Shown here piece after piece: positions 8,599 through 18,251 of a stretch of DNA of 64,000 nt. Below the pieces are notes generated by a model, which ran no database searches, had not been told where the DNA came from, and saw only the letters and a program-made list of their open reading frames with translations. Position 1 is the stretch's first letter. Each line of letters starts with the position of its first letter. Made by a program: the position numbers and the translations under genes. The stretch spans positions 64,001 through 128,000 of the forward strand of contig CAWHDT010000001.1 in assembly GCA_963828195.1 (NCBI GenBank). The letters run 5' to 3'. The DNA is from Candidatus Bathyarchaeota archaeon. GTDB lineage: Archaea; Thermoproteota; Bathyarchaeia; Bathyarchaeales; Bathycorpusculaceae.

Positions 8599-10044
8599 TC
8601 AGCGCTTTGAAGCCGCAAAAAGCTCACCGATGTATTCGTTAGCCGTTTTATTCTGCTTTTTAGCTATCCGCTTAATCGCATTGTTTATACCCGTGGAGTA
8701 CTGCACCGCCTTTTTGGGTTTATCCACCATCGAACTTGGCAAGCCAACAGCCAAAGCCACTTTTCTTAGAACAAGCTTTCGCAGCGTATCAGCTTTCCGC
8801 TCCATTTTACATTCAACCGGCAGACTCAAAGCAAACTCCGCAAGCTCAAACGAAGCAAACGGCAGCCGAAGCTCGACATCGTGGAAACCCGTGATTTTCA
8901 GGTCACGCTCCAAGTTGCTTTCATGAATCCTAACCACGTCATTGAACATTGTTTTACGAACCGCTTCGCCTCCGTCTTTACAGTACTCGGTAACGTAGCG
9001 TTGGTAGCCGCCGAACAACTCGTCCGCGCCCTGCCCAGCCAACATCACCTTGAAACCAGCTTCAGAGGCCTCTTCCGCCGCCCAATAAAACGGCAAACCC
9101 ACGCTTGCTTTGATCGGGTCAGCTTCTTCAATCAGCGCCACCGCCTTAGGCAGAGTGTCTTCAACGTCAGAGTCCTTGAACAAATGCACCTGAAGCGGCA
9201 AATTCAGCTTGTTTGAAGCATAAATGGCTTCTTCGGTTTCAGCTTGGTTTTCCATGCTTACATGAAGCAGATTAACTTTTGCGCCAAGCTTACTTGCCAA
9301 ATAAGCCACTAAGCTGCTGTCCAAGCCTCCCGAAAACGCCACCGCAACCTTTTCCACGCCCCGTATGCGTCTTCGAACTGATTCTTCCAAAAGACCCTGA
9401 AGCCTTTTAGCCGCCTCATCCAGCGAAATCGATGTAGGCTCAGCAAAAGTCAGCGTTTTAATGTGTTTAAATTGGAAGCCTTCACGGTTCACAAACGCGA
9501 TGTTTCCAGGCGGAAAAGACAGGGGGTTCTCTATTCCCAGTTTCCAAAGGGCTTCTTTGTTTGTAGCCACTGCGGCAATGTCGTGGTTTTCGCCGAAGTA
9601 GAGCGGCTGAACACCCACGGGGTCTCTTCCTGCGCCAATCCAGCCGTCCTTAATCATAATGAAAGAATAATCCCCATCCGCACCCGAAATAAGTTTTTGA
9701 AGAAAGGCTTCGCAGTGAAGCGGTTCCTTGGCAACCTGTGCCGTAACAGCGACTTTTGGTACAGGCGAGTAAACTCTGCCTTCGAAAACAAGCGACGCAT
9801 CATCAAGCTGCAGAAACTCGTAGCCGCCCGCCCCTTTAGGTTTAGAAGAAACGTACCCAGCCATAGTTGACGAAACTAAGCCTTGCCTGCTCATGATGTC
9901 AAGGTTTTTGTCCAAAAGACTCTTCGTCGGGGAAACTAACCCGAAATTCGAAGTCCGCACATCACCGAGCATTGGGAGCAATCCAAGAACCCGCTCAACC
10001 ACGTTATTACGCTGCTTATCCAACACCGCAACAGTAACTTTCAT
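8599..10044 (-). CDS. Asparagine synthetase B-like amidotransferase (lacks N-terminal catalytic Cys)
   Basis: RDPVGVQPLYF, PP-loop AFSGGLDSS, GQGADELFGGY, KKAVQYSTG; N-terminus MKVTV. Confidence 0.85.
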   Translation of the reverse strand: MKVTVAVLDKQRNNVVERVLGLLPMLGDVRTSNFGLVSPTKSLLDKNLDIMSRQGLVSSTMAGYVSSKPKGAGGYEFLQLDDASLVFEGRVYSPVPKVAVTAQVAKEPLHCEAFLQKLISGADGDYSFIMIKDGWIGAGRDPVGVQPLYFGENHDIAAVATNKEALWKLGIENPLSFPPGNIAFVNREGFQFKHIKTLTFAEPTSISLDEAAKRLQGLLEESVRRRIRGVEKVAVAFSGGLDSSLVAYLASKLGAKVNLLHVSMENQAETEEAIYASNKLNLPLQVHLFKDSDVEDTLPKAVALIEEADPIKASVGLPFYWAAEEASEAGFKVMLAGQGADELFGGYQRYVTEYCKDGGEAVRKTMFNDVVRIHESNLERDLKITGFHDVELRLPFASFELAEFALSLPVECKMERKADTLRKLVLRKVALAVGLPSSMVDKPKKAVQYSTGINNAIKRIAKKQNKTANEYIGELFAASKR

Positions 10045-10118
10045 GCACTCACACTCAACATTACAATCTGCAATAGTATTGGTAAAACATTAATCCTTAA
10101 TGTGTATATCCTTAGCCC

Positions 10119-11468
10119 TTGAGGAAACATCACTTGCCTATCTTACCTATCGACACTGGTCGTTATGGAACGCCGGAGATGCTTAAAATCTTCGAGGAAG
10201 AAACCCGAGTTCAAAAACTGCTTGACGTTGAAGCTGCGTTGGCTTTAGCTCATGCTGAAGTGGGCAACATTCCAAAGAAAGATGCTGAAAAAATAGCTGA
10301 GATGGCTTCCACCAAATACGTCAAAGTTGAGCGTGTTAAGGCTATTGAGAAGGAGATTAAGCATGATATTGCATCGCTTGTTCGTGCGCTCTCCGAGGTT
10401 TGCGGGTCAAGCGGCGCTTACGTGCATTTGGGCGCAACAAGCTACGACATTGTGGACACTGCTAATGCGTTGCAGCTAAAGGATGCTTTGGGACTTATCG
10501 AGGAAAAACTAGCCGACTTGAAAGAAATATTGCAAAAGCAAGCGGCTCAGCATAAAGAAACTGTGATGATTGGCAGAACCCACGGGCAGCATGCTTTGCC
10601 TATTACTCTGGGTTTCAAATTTGCCGTCTGGGGCTACGAGGTTAACAGGCACATTGAACGGCTCAACGAGTGCAAAAAACGTGTCTTAGTCGGTAAAGTC
10701 AGCGGTGCGGTAGGCACGCAAGCTGGGTTAGGTGAGCACGCCGAGGAGATTCAGGAGCTTGTAATGAAACGGCTTGGTCTGACTGCCGCCGAGATTTCGA
10801 CCCAGATTGTTCAAAGAGACCGCTACGCTGAACTTGCGTGCATTTACGCGATGGCTGCTTCGTCGCTTGAGGACTTCGCAACTGAAATTCGGGAGCTGCA
10901 GAGACCCGAAATAGCGGAGGTCTTCGAGGCGTTTGAAGCCAGCAAACAGGTCGGCAGCTCCACAATGCCTCATAAACAGAACCCTGAGACATGCGAACGG
11001 GTTTGCGGTTTAGCGCGAATAGTACGAAGCCTCAGCACACCCGCATTGGAAGACATAGTGACATGGCATGAGCGGGACCTGACGCAGTCGTCAACTGAAC
11101 GCTTCATTCTGCCCGAATCAAACATCCTGCTTGATTACATGCTTAGCTTAATGTGCAATATCGTGGCTAACCTGCGGGTGGACAAAGAGCGGATGCTGCA
11201 GAACCTGAACTTAACGCGGGGACGCGCAATGTCCGAAGCTGTGATGATGGCGTTGACAAAGAAAGGCGTGAACAGGCAAGAAGCCCATGAAATGCTTAGG
11301 AAACTGACAATTCAAAGCGCACTGGAAAAACGGGACTTTAAGCAAATTCTTCTAGAGGACAAGTTCGTGAGCAGCAAACTAAACGAAAAAGAAATAGACG
11401 AGGCATTAAACCCCAAGAACTATTTGGGAACGGCGGTTAAACAGGCGGAAAAATTTGCAAAAAGCTAA
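10119..11468 (+). CDS. purB: Adenylosuccinate lyase
   Basis: HLGATSYD, GRTHGQHA, signature GSSTMPHKQNP. Confidence 0.96.
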   Translation: MRKHHLPILPIDTGRYGTPEMLKIFEEETRVQKLLDVEAALALAHAEVGNIPKKDAEKIAEMASTKYVKVERVKAIEKEIKHDIASLVRALSEVCGSSGAYVHLGATSYDIVDTANALQLKDALGLIEEKLADLKEILQKQAAQHKETVMIGRTHGQHALPITLGFKFAVWGYEVNRHIERLNECKKRVLVGKVSGAVGTQAGLGEHAEEIQELVMKRLGLTAAEISTQIVQRDRYAELACIYAMAASSLEDFATEIRELQRPEIAEVFEAFEASKQVGSSTMPHKQNPETCERVCGLARIVRSLSTPALEDIVTWHERDLTQSSTERFILPESNILLDYMLSLMCNIVANLRVDKERMLQNLNLTRGRAMSEAVMMALTKKGVNRQEAHEMLRKLTIQSALEKRDFKQILLEDKFVSSKLNEKEIDEALNPKNYLGTAVKQAEKFAKS

Positions 11469-13714
11469 AAGTCGCCTAAGGCTTTTTGCTTAAATTCTTG
11501 TTCGCTACCGAGTTTTTCCCATGTGTCCTTTTTCACGAAACCGCCGACTTGCTCTTTAATTTTCTTAGCTAACCTTGGTCCGATAAGCGGCAGATTAGTC
11601 AAGTCCTCGACTGACGCATGTTTTATGTCTTCAATGCTCTGGTAGCCTGCGTTGAACATTATGCGTCCGCGGACTCTACCGACACCTTCCAACCGCACGA
11701 TGGGCAGCAGCTCTTTCTTTATGCCGTTAGAAACCCGCTCCACCAACTCACTGGTGAGAGGCAAAACCTCTTTTTCCTTGAAGAGCTGAGCTAACTCGTC
11801 GGTGGCGTGAATAAGCCACTTCGCATTCTCAATAGTACGGTACAAGTCGCCGGGCTGCACGTTAAACTGCTCAATCAGCTTTTCCTCGCTGACCTCCCCA
11901 ATCCAACTGTGCATAACCCACGCCGTTTTGACTTCGCCGAGAAACTCCTCATAGGAAACCCGGTCGTCCCACGGGTTTGGAACGTCAGTGAAAAACTCAT
12001 CCCTGCGCTGTTCAAGCAAGTTCGCCAGCGGGTCAATCTCACGCGCGTAGGGTCTCATAACGGGTCCCATGTCGGGCGTGTGGGAAACCAAGTGAAGCAT
12101 GCTGAAATCCGTCAGTGAGGCAGGCTTGTTTTTTAAGGCGTCGCGGATTACAACTCCTGTGAGCGGGTCAATGTACAGCTCGCTTACCCGTTTCCCGAAC
12201 TTTGTTGCGCAGAGATTGTCTCCGACGTAGTCGATCATTTTCTCTTCGTAGAGGTACTCGAGGATTTTGCCGATGATGCCTTTTATTGCTTTTACGTCGT
12301 ATTGGTAGGCGTAGAAGGTTTTGCCGAAAAACTCGTAAATGCCCTGTTCTGAATGCGCAAAATCCGACGCAATCGTCGCCAACACGTGCCCGCGGATTAT
12401 TTTTTCAACGCCCAATCTGGACCAAATTCTCTCGGGCTTAGCCATAACGTAGCCTTCCATCAAATAGTCCGCTTCATCCGAGGTTTTGGCGATAAGGATT
12501 GATTCGCCGACTTTGTCGTATTTCGGTCGCCCAGCCCTGCCTGCCATCTGCTTATACTCCAAAACGCTGATTGGGTAGTTGCCGTAGCCAGCCTCAAAAC
12601 GCCTGTAATCCATAATAATGACCGTTCGCGCTGGAAGGTTAACGCCGAACGCCAATGTGGGTGTAGCGGTTAGAACCTTGATTTTGCCCTCCTTGAAAGA
12701 ATCCTCAATAATCTTTCGTTGAGCTCCCGATAAGCCTGCATGGTGAAAAGCTGTTCCACATCGAACAGTTTCGGCAAGGGCTTCGCTGATTTGGGTTCGC
12801 TCGCCTGCTGAGAGGATTTTTTCTGATTCATGATCAAGCGTGCGCTTCATTGGCTTAGATAAGACTTCGCCTGTGTGTTGAGCAATGGTTTTTGCGGCTG
12901 AAACCGAGTTTTTCCTTGTGGAAGCAAAAACGAGCGCTTGCCCACCCGTCTTCAGAGTGTTTAAAACAAGGTTTATTGCTGGAAAATGCGTTTTCTTCTC
13001 AACTTTTCTTGCGCTGCCGTCTTTGTACTGGATTTCATCGTTTAAAACGACGCCTTCTTTGAGGATAACTGGACGCCACTCAGTCACGATGTAGGCGGCT
13101 TTTAGCCATTCTGCGATTTCGTTAACGTTGCCTATGGTGGCGCTTAACGCTAAAACCTGAATGGCAGGATTAACCTGCATAAGCCTAGCCAACACCACCT
13201 CAAGAGTTGGACCTCGCCCAGCATCATTCAAGAGGTGAACTTCATCCGCTATGACCAGAGAGATTTCATCCATCCATTTAGCTCTGTGCCGCAGAAGCGA
13301 ATCAGCTTTCTCGTTGGTGGTAACTATGATGTCGTAGCGTTCAAGCCAATTGTCAGCTGTATCAAAATCGCCTGTGCTGATACCCACACTGACCTTTCTG
13401 CCGTCAGGCTTGCGTATGGAGGAGTATTTTTTGAAATCCTCGAATTTTTCGCTCGCCAAAGCCCGAAGCGGCGCAAGATAAATAACTTTACCATGTTTCT
13501 CTAAAACGTGTTTAAGTCCACAGAGTTCAGCAATCAAAGTTTTGCCCGAAGCAGTTGGGCTGGCTAAAACGATGTTTTTGCCCTCCAGCACTCCTGCCCG
13601 TATGGTTTCTTCTTGAGGAGGAAACAGCTCTGCAATCCCTAAGTTAAGAAGAACATTCTTAACTGGTTCAGGCACGGGCAACTCGGCAATCTTCAACTTT
13701 GAACACGCCATCAA
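11465..13714 (-). CDS. hel308: Ski2-like DNA helicase Hel308/Hjm
   Basis: PTASGKT, DEVH, LSAT, HHAGL, QMAGRAGRP, C-terminal HhH GVGRVRGR. Confidence 0.93.
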   Translation of the reverse strand: MMACSKLKIAELPVPEPVKNVLLNLGIAELFPPQEETIRAGVLEGKNIVLASPTASGKTLIAELCGLKHVLEKHGKVIYLAPLRALASEKFEDFKKYSSIRKPDGRKVSVGISTGDFDTADNWLERYDIIVTTNEKADSLLRHRAKWMDEISLVIADEVHLLNDAGRGPTLEVVLARLMQVNPAIQVLALSATIGNVNEIAEWLKAAYIVTEWRPVILKEGVVLNDEIQYKDGSARKVEKKTHFPAINLVLNTLKTGGQALVFASTRKNSVSAAKTIAQHTGEVLSKPMKRTLDHESEKILSAGERTQISEALAETVRCGTAFHHAGLSGAQRKIIEDSFKEGKIKVLTATPTLAFGVNLPARTVIIMDYRRFEAGYGNYPISVLEYKQMAGRAGRPKYDKVGESILIAKTSDEADYLMEGYVMAKPERIWSRLGVEKIIRGHVLATIASDFAHSEQGIYEFFGKTFYAYQYDVKAIKGIIGKILEYLYEEKMIDYVGDNLCATKFGKRVSELYIDPLTGVVIRDALKNKPASLTDFSMLHLVSHTPDMGPVMRPYAREIDPLANLLEQRRDEFFTDVPNPWDDRVSYEEFLGEVKTAWVMHSWIGEVSEEKLIEQFNVQPGDLYRTIENAKWLIHATDELAQLFKEKEVLPLTSELVERVSNGIKKELLPIVRLEGVGRVRGRIMFNAGYQSIEDIKHASVEDLTNLPLIGPRLAKKIKEQVGGFVKKDTWEKLGSEQEFKQKALGDF

Positions 13715-13857
13715 TTTTTTATTTATGACGTATTGAACAAGCTGATTAATAGAATTAGCCGTTGAATAAACTGTTTTTTCAGCTACATTTTTCTATCTGA
13801 ACTAGATACTAGCAAGGTGACGAGTTATATTATCCCTTAAAACAGGAAGGTTACTCT

Positions 13858-15081
13858 ATGGTTGAAAACGTGAAAGAACTCCTTAAACTGCATGAAGGCA
13901 TAACACATGAGGTTTACCTTGACAACGAGAACTCCAGCATAGTTCCCCAAGAAGTCGTTGACGAGATGCTGCCCTATTTTAACAAGAAAGCCTACGGCAA
14001 CCCCACGCTTACCCATAAGCCAGGCTGGGAAGCCTTTGAAGTCATAATGAACTGTTTCCAAAAAATCAGCAACACAATGGGCGCAAAAATCCTGGAAGAA
14101 ATAACCTTCACTCCAGGCGAAACCGAAGCCAACAACTTAGCCATCATGGGCGCATGCTTTGCGCAAAAAAGCAAAGGCAAAAAAATCATCATATCCGAAA
14201 TCGAACCAGTAAACGTGATGCAGGTTGCGGAAATGATGCAGAAATTCGGTTTCACCACCCAAAAAATCAAAGTCAATCATGAAGGCTTCATCAACCTTGA
14301 GAAACTCAAAGAAGCAGTCGACAACGACACGATTCTTGTCAGCGTTTCAGCCGTGAACAACGAGATTGGCACGGTGCAGCCGATTAAAGAAGCGGTGGAT
14401 ATTGTTAAAGCCAAAAACCCGGGGGCGCTCTTCCACACCGACGCGTCAGATGCTTATGGCAGGATTCCCTTTAACGTGCAAGACTTAAACGTTGACTTAG
14501 CCACCATCAGCAGCTACAAGATCCAGGGACCACGAGGCATGGGTGCAATGTATCTGCGTGACGGCGTAAACATGGAGCGCATTTTAGAAGGGCAAATTGG
14601 AACACAGAAGCTCTGGCCAGGAGTCGAAAACACCCCGCTAATTGTCGGCTTCACCAAGGCGTCGGAGCTTGCATTCCAAAACTTCGAAGCAAACACCACC
14701 AAGATGCGAAAGTTGCGGGACATGCTGGTTGAAGGCATATTTGGCGAGCTTGATGACTTGCGTTTTAACGGTCCAAAAGGCGATAAACGATCCCCCGACA
14801 ACGCTAATGTTAGTTTCCTGCGAGCTGAAGGCGAAGCATTAACCATTGAACTCAGCCTCAAAGGCGTCTACGTTTCCAGCGGAAGCGCATGCAGCCGCCG
14901 ACTTTTGCAGCCAAGCCATGTTCTTATCGCTATTGGACGCATATTCGAGGAAGCTCACGGCAGCATTCTAATGAAAGTCACGCGTAGCCACACAGAAGAG
15001 GATATAACCTACGTTTTAGAAGTTTTACCTGCAGCTGTCAACCGTATTAGAGGGATAGTTGGCTCAACAGGAGTGCATTAA
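13858..15081 (+). CDS. iscS: IscS/NifS-family (group I) cysteine desulfurase homologue with degenerate PLP/substrate site
   Basis: YLDN, GNP, NNEIG, SSYKIQGPRG and SSGSACS present; several canonical active-site residues substituted (see findings). Confidence 0.85.
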   Translation: MVENVKELLKLHEGITHEVYLDNENSSIVPQEVVDEMLPYFNKKAYGNPTLTHKPGWEAFEVIMNCFQKISNTMGAKILEEITFTPGETEANNLAIMGACFAQKSKGKKIIISEIEPVNVMQVAEMMQKFGFTTQKIKVNHEGFINLEKLKEAVDNDTILVSVSAVNNEIGTVQPIKEAVDIVKAKNPGALFHTDASDAYGRIPFNVQDLNVDLATISSYKIQGPRGMGAMYLRDGVNMERILEGQIGTQKLWPGVENTPLIVGFTKASELAFQNFEANTTKMRKLRDMLVEGIFGELDDLRFNGPKGDKRSPDNANVSFLRAEGEALTIELSLKGVYVSSGSACSRRLLQPSHVLIAIGRIFEEAHGSILMKVTRSHTEEDITYVLEVLPAAVNRIRGIVGSTGVH

Positions 15082-15082
15082 T

Positions 15083-15601
15083 ATGTCACGTATACCATTA
15101 CCGTACAACCCAAAAGTTATGGATTTATTTAGACACCCCAAGAACCTGGGAAAAATGGAAGATGCCACCGTAGTAGCAGTCGCTGGAAACCCAGCTTGCG
15201 GAGACATGATAACCTTCTACCTGAAAATAACCGATAAAGACGTTATTGAGAAGGCAAGCTTTGAAAGCTATGGCTGCGCCGCCAACATCGCCACGTCAAG
15301 CATTGTAACTGAGATGATCAAGGGTTTAACTCTTGAGAAAGCTTGGGAAGAGATAACTTGGAAGAGAGTAACTGAGGAAATCGGCGGGTTGCCAAGCGTC
15401 AAATTCCACTGCGGAGTCCTTGCGGTAGGCGCGCTGAAACGAGCAATACGGCAATATTTCACGCAAAGAAATGTTGCTGCTCCAAGCTGGATGCCGGCGG
15501 AGCATACGTTTGAGGAAAAGCAGGCGTTGGAAGAGGAAGAACTTTCAAAGATGCTGTCAAAGAGAATGAAGGCAGAGGACGAGAAGAAGGCTGAGAAGTA
15601 A
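15083..15601 (+). CDS. iscU: IscU/NifU-N type Fe-S scaffold with charged C-terminal extension
   Basis: GNPACGD, SYGCAANIA, LPSVKFHC (IscU-type K-x-H-C); ATG 15083 directly after iscS stop. Confidence 0.93.
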   Translation: MSRIPLPYNPKVMDLFRHPKNLGKMEDATVVAVAGNPACGDMITFYLKITDKDVIEKASFESYGCAANIATSSIVTEMIKGLTLEKAWEEITWKRVTEEIGGLPSVKFHCGVLAVGALKRAIRQYFTQRNVAAPSWMPAEHTFEEKQALEEEELSKMLSKRMKAEDEKKAEK

Positions 15602-15603
15602 TC

Positions 15604-16833
15604 GTGGATATTCAAGCGGTTCGACAAGATTTTCCAATACTAAAACGCCAAGTGAACAACAATCCCTTAATTTATTTTGATAATGCAGCAACCACCCAGA
15701 AGCCCCAGCAAGTAATAGATGCAGTAAGCGATTTTTACGAAAAACACAACGGCAACGTGCATCGGGCAGTCCACACCCTGTCTCTGGAGGCAACGGATCT
15801 TTATGAGAAGTCACGGGAAAAAATCGCAAAATTCATCAACGCCAAAGACCCCGCGGAACTTATATTTGTCAGAGGCACAACCGAAGCGGTGAACTTGGTT
15901 GCGTATTCTCTGGGGCTCAATAACCTGAGCAAGGGCGACGAGGTTCTGGTTTCGTTGATGGAGCATCACAGCAACATTGTTCCATGGGAAATCATCTCTA
16001 AACTGAAGGGTTTCACAGTGAAATACGCCAACGTAAATCCCGACGGCACCTTGGACTACAACGATTTTGAGGGCAAATTTTCAAGCAAAACAAAAATCGC
16101 ATGCCTAAGCCATGTCTCAAACGTTACAGGCATAATCAACGATGTTAAACGAATCGGGAAAGCTGCACATGACCACGGCGCATATATGCTGGTTGACGGA
16201 GCACAGTCAGTCCCGCATCTGAAGGTTGATGTACAGGATTTAGACGCGGATTTTCTTGCTTTTTCGGGACACAAAATGCTTGGACCCACGGGCATCGGGG
16301 GGCTTTACGGCAAAAAGGAACTGCTTGAAAAAATGGCTCCGTTCCAAGGCGGAGGAGAAATGATTAAGGAAGTGGAGTTTATCCAAAGCGGCTGCAGCAT
16401 AAGCTGGAATGAGCTGCCGTGGAAGTTTGAAGCGGGCACGCCTGACATCGGCGGCGCCGTCGGTTTAGCCGAAGCGGTAAAATATCTTGAAGCAGTCGGC
16501 ATGGATAATGTGCTTAGCCACGAGAAAGCGTTAACTGAGTACGCGGTTGAACGCATACGGGAATGCACTAAAGTTACAATTTACGGCTGCAGCAACCTTA
16601 ACGAGAAATGCGGAATAATACCTTTCAGCGTCAGAGGATTATCGTCCCATGACGTTGCACTCATCTGCGACAACTACGGCATAATGATTCGAAGCGGTTA
16701 CCACTGCGCGCAGCCGCTGCATCAGCAAATTTTGAAGCTTCACTCCTCCGACCGAGCAAGCTTCTACATTTACAACACAAAAGAGGAAATTGACCGTTTC
16801 GTCGAAGTTTTAAGGGAGATCGATCAGCTCTAA
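15604..16833 (+). CDS. sufS: SufS/CsdA-family (group II) cysteine desulfurase
   Basis: YFDNAATTQKP, MEHHSNIVPW, DGAQSVPH, FSGHKMLGPTG, FEAGTP, RSGYHCAQP, RASFYIYN. Confidence 0.93.
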   Translation: MDIQAVRQDFPILKRQVNNNPLIYFDNAATTQKPQQVIDAVSDFYEKHNGNVHRAVHTLSLEATDLYEKSREKIAKFINAKDPAELIFVRGTTEAVNLVAYSLGLNNLSKGDEVLVSLMEHHSNIVPWEIISKLKGFTVKYANVNPDGTLDYNDFEGKFSSKTKIACLSHVSNVTGIINDVKRIGKAAHDHGAYMLVDGAQSVPHLKVDVQDLDADFLAFSGHKMLGPTGIGGLYGKKELLEKMAPFQGGGEMIKEVEFIQSGCSISWNELPWKFEAGTPDIGGAVGLAEAVKYLEAVGMDNVLSHEKALTEYAVERIRECTKVTIYGCSNLNEKCGIIPFSVRGLSSHDVALICDNYGIMIRSGYHCAQPLHQQILKLHSSDRASFYIYNTKEEIDRFVEVLREIDQL

Positions 16834-17102
16834 TGACGACTATTGAAGACTATGTGGCACGCGTTGAAGGCACATGCGGGGAAGAAAAGGACGTCATTGT
16901 TGTTTTCAAGTACGAGAAGAAGGAGGAAGCCATCGCCCGCATCCTAAAAAAAGCAACCCTGAAAAATACGATAGCTGGAATAATTTTTGAATTAACATTT
17001 GAAAACTTTTCCTTCCGCGTCTACGCAAGCGGAAAAGCCATTTTTAGAAGCATCAAAAACAGAGAAGAGCTAAACCAAATTCTAAAGGCACTTCTGCTTT
17101 AG
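16833..17102 (+). CDS. Small single-Cys protein resembling the C-terminal domain of Firmicute MoeB/ThiF-type proteins
   Basis: TAA/ATG overlap with sufS; GTCG near N-terminus; FRVYASGKAIF hairpin followed by a helix. Confidence 0.7.
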   Translation: MTTIEDYVARVEGTCGEEKDVIVVFKYEKKEEAIARILKKATLKNTIAGIIFELTFENFSFRVYASGKAIFRSIKNREELNQILKALLL

Positions 17103-17391
17103 AATGGCTTACGCTTTAGTTTTGTTACCTGAGTTTTTGGCTTTTTTTATCTTACTCGGAAAAGGCACCTGTATATTAGTTATGGAAAAACAAAAACGCA
17201 GGTTTCTTTTTTTTTCGGGAGGCTCTTTTTTAGTCAAAATAGAAAGATACGGGGCAAAATTTACCGAATCGTATAATATTTTCGGGATTCTCTATTGAAT
17301 AGAAAAGTATGCAGAAAATGGCAAGCACGAAGAAAACAGAGGGGTTTACCTCTAAAGTCAGAAGGCGGATCAGGGAGAAAGGATAAGATAC

Positions 17392-18072
17392 GTGGCCTTG
17401 GCTCCTTTCAGGATTATTCGGTATAGACTTCAAATTCCTTTTTGGTACAACTACAATAAATTTTTCAACTTTTGGAGAACATTCACCTTTCAAGAAAAGA
17501 AATACAAGTATTTTTATCATGAAGCTAACACAACGTGGCGAAACGAGAGAGCAGTTGAGATTCCAATAGTTTGGGAAATGGTGAAGTCTTCCAAGGGAAC
17601 TATTTTGGAGGTGGGCAATGTCCTTTCACATTATTTTAGTTTCAAGCATGATATTGTTGATAAATACGAAAAAGCCGAGGGCGTTGTAAACAAAGACATT
17701 ACCAATTTTCAAACAACGAAAAAGTACGATCTAATCATCAGCATTTCAACTTTGGAACACGTTGGATGGGACGAAAACCCGACAAGTCATGAAATCACAG
17801 GCGAATCAGAAAAGATTCTGAGTGCTGTCGAATGCTTGAAAAATATGCTCGCTCCAAACGGCAGAATTGTCGTAACGGTTCCCTTAGGATACAATCCCTT
17901 TTTGGACGAGTTAATCAAATCTGGCAAACTAAAGTTTGACAAGCAATTCTACCTGAAACGAATCTCGAAGGACAGATGGTTCGAAACGGATTGGAACAAC
18001 GTTAAAGAAGCAAAATTCAGAAAGGAGGTTCCTGCTGCCAACGCATTGATGATCGGTGTCTTCGACGCTTAA
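17392..18072 (+). CDS. Class I SAM-dependent methyltransferase (true N-terminus probably frameshifted, from ATG 17309/17318)
   Basis: NERAVEIP, ILEVGNV, YDLIISISTLEHVG, LAPNGRIVVTVP. Confidence 0.8.
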   Translation: MALAPFRIIRYRLQIPFWYNYNKFFNFWRTFTFQEKKYKYFYHEANTTWRNERAVEIPIVWEMVKSSKGTILEVGNVLSHYFSFKHDIVDKYEKAEGVVNKDITNFQTTKKYDLIISISTLEHVGWDENPTSHEITGESEKILSAVECLKNMLAPNGRIVVTVPLGYNPFLDELIKSGKLKFDKQFYLKRISKDRWFETDWNNVKEAKFRKEVPAANALMIGVFDA

Positions 18073-18251
18073 TACGCGAAATAATTACAGATGCGCTAGC
18101 TACTTTGTACACAATTCACCCTAGTAGAATATTGAATTCGAAGATTTTTTGACCAATTTTTGGTTCAAATCAAAGTTTTTCTAATATCAGTTCGGAAGCG
18201 AAAATGATTTTATACTGGTCTGCTGACTTGAGATGACAGCGGGGCACCTTC

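Noticed and set aside
18106-18111. Single TGTACA upstream of the C-methyltransferase
   Set aside because: A lone 6-mer is expected by chance and has no partner box at 4-bp spacing.
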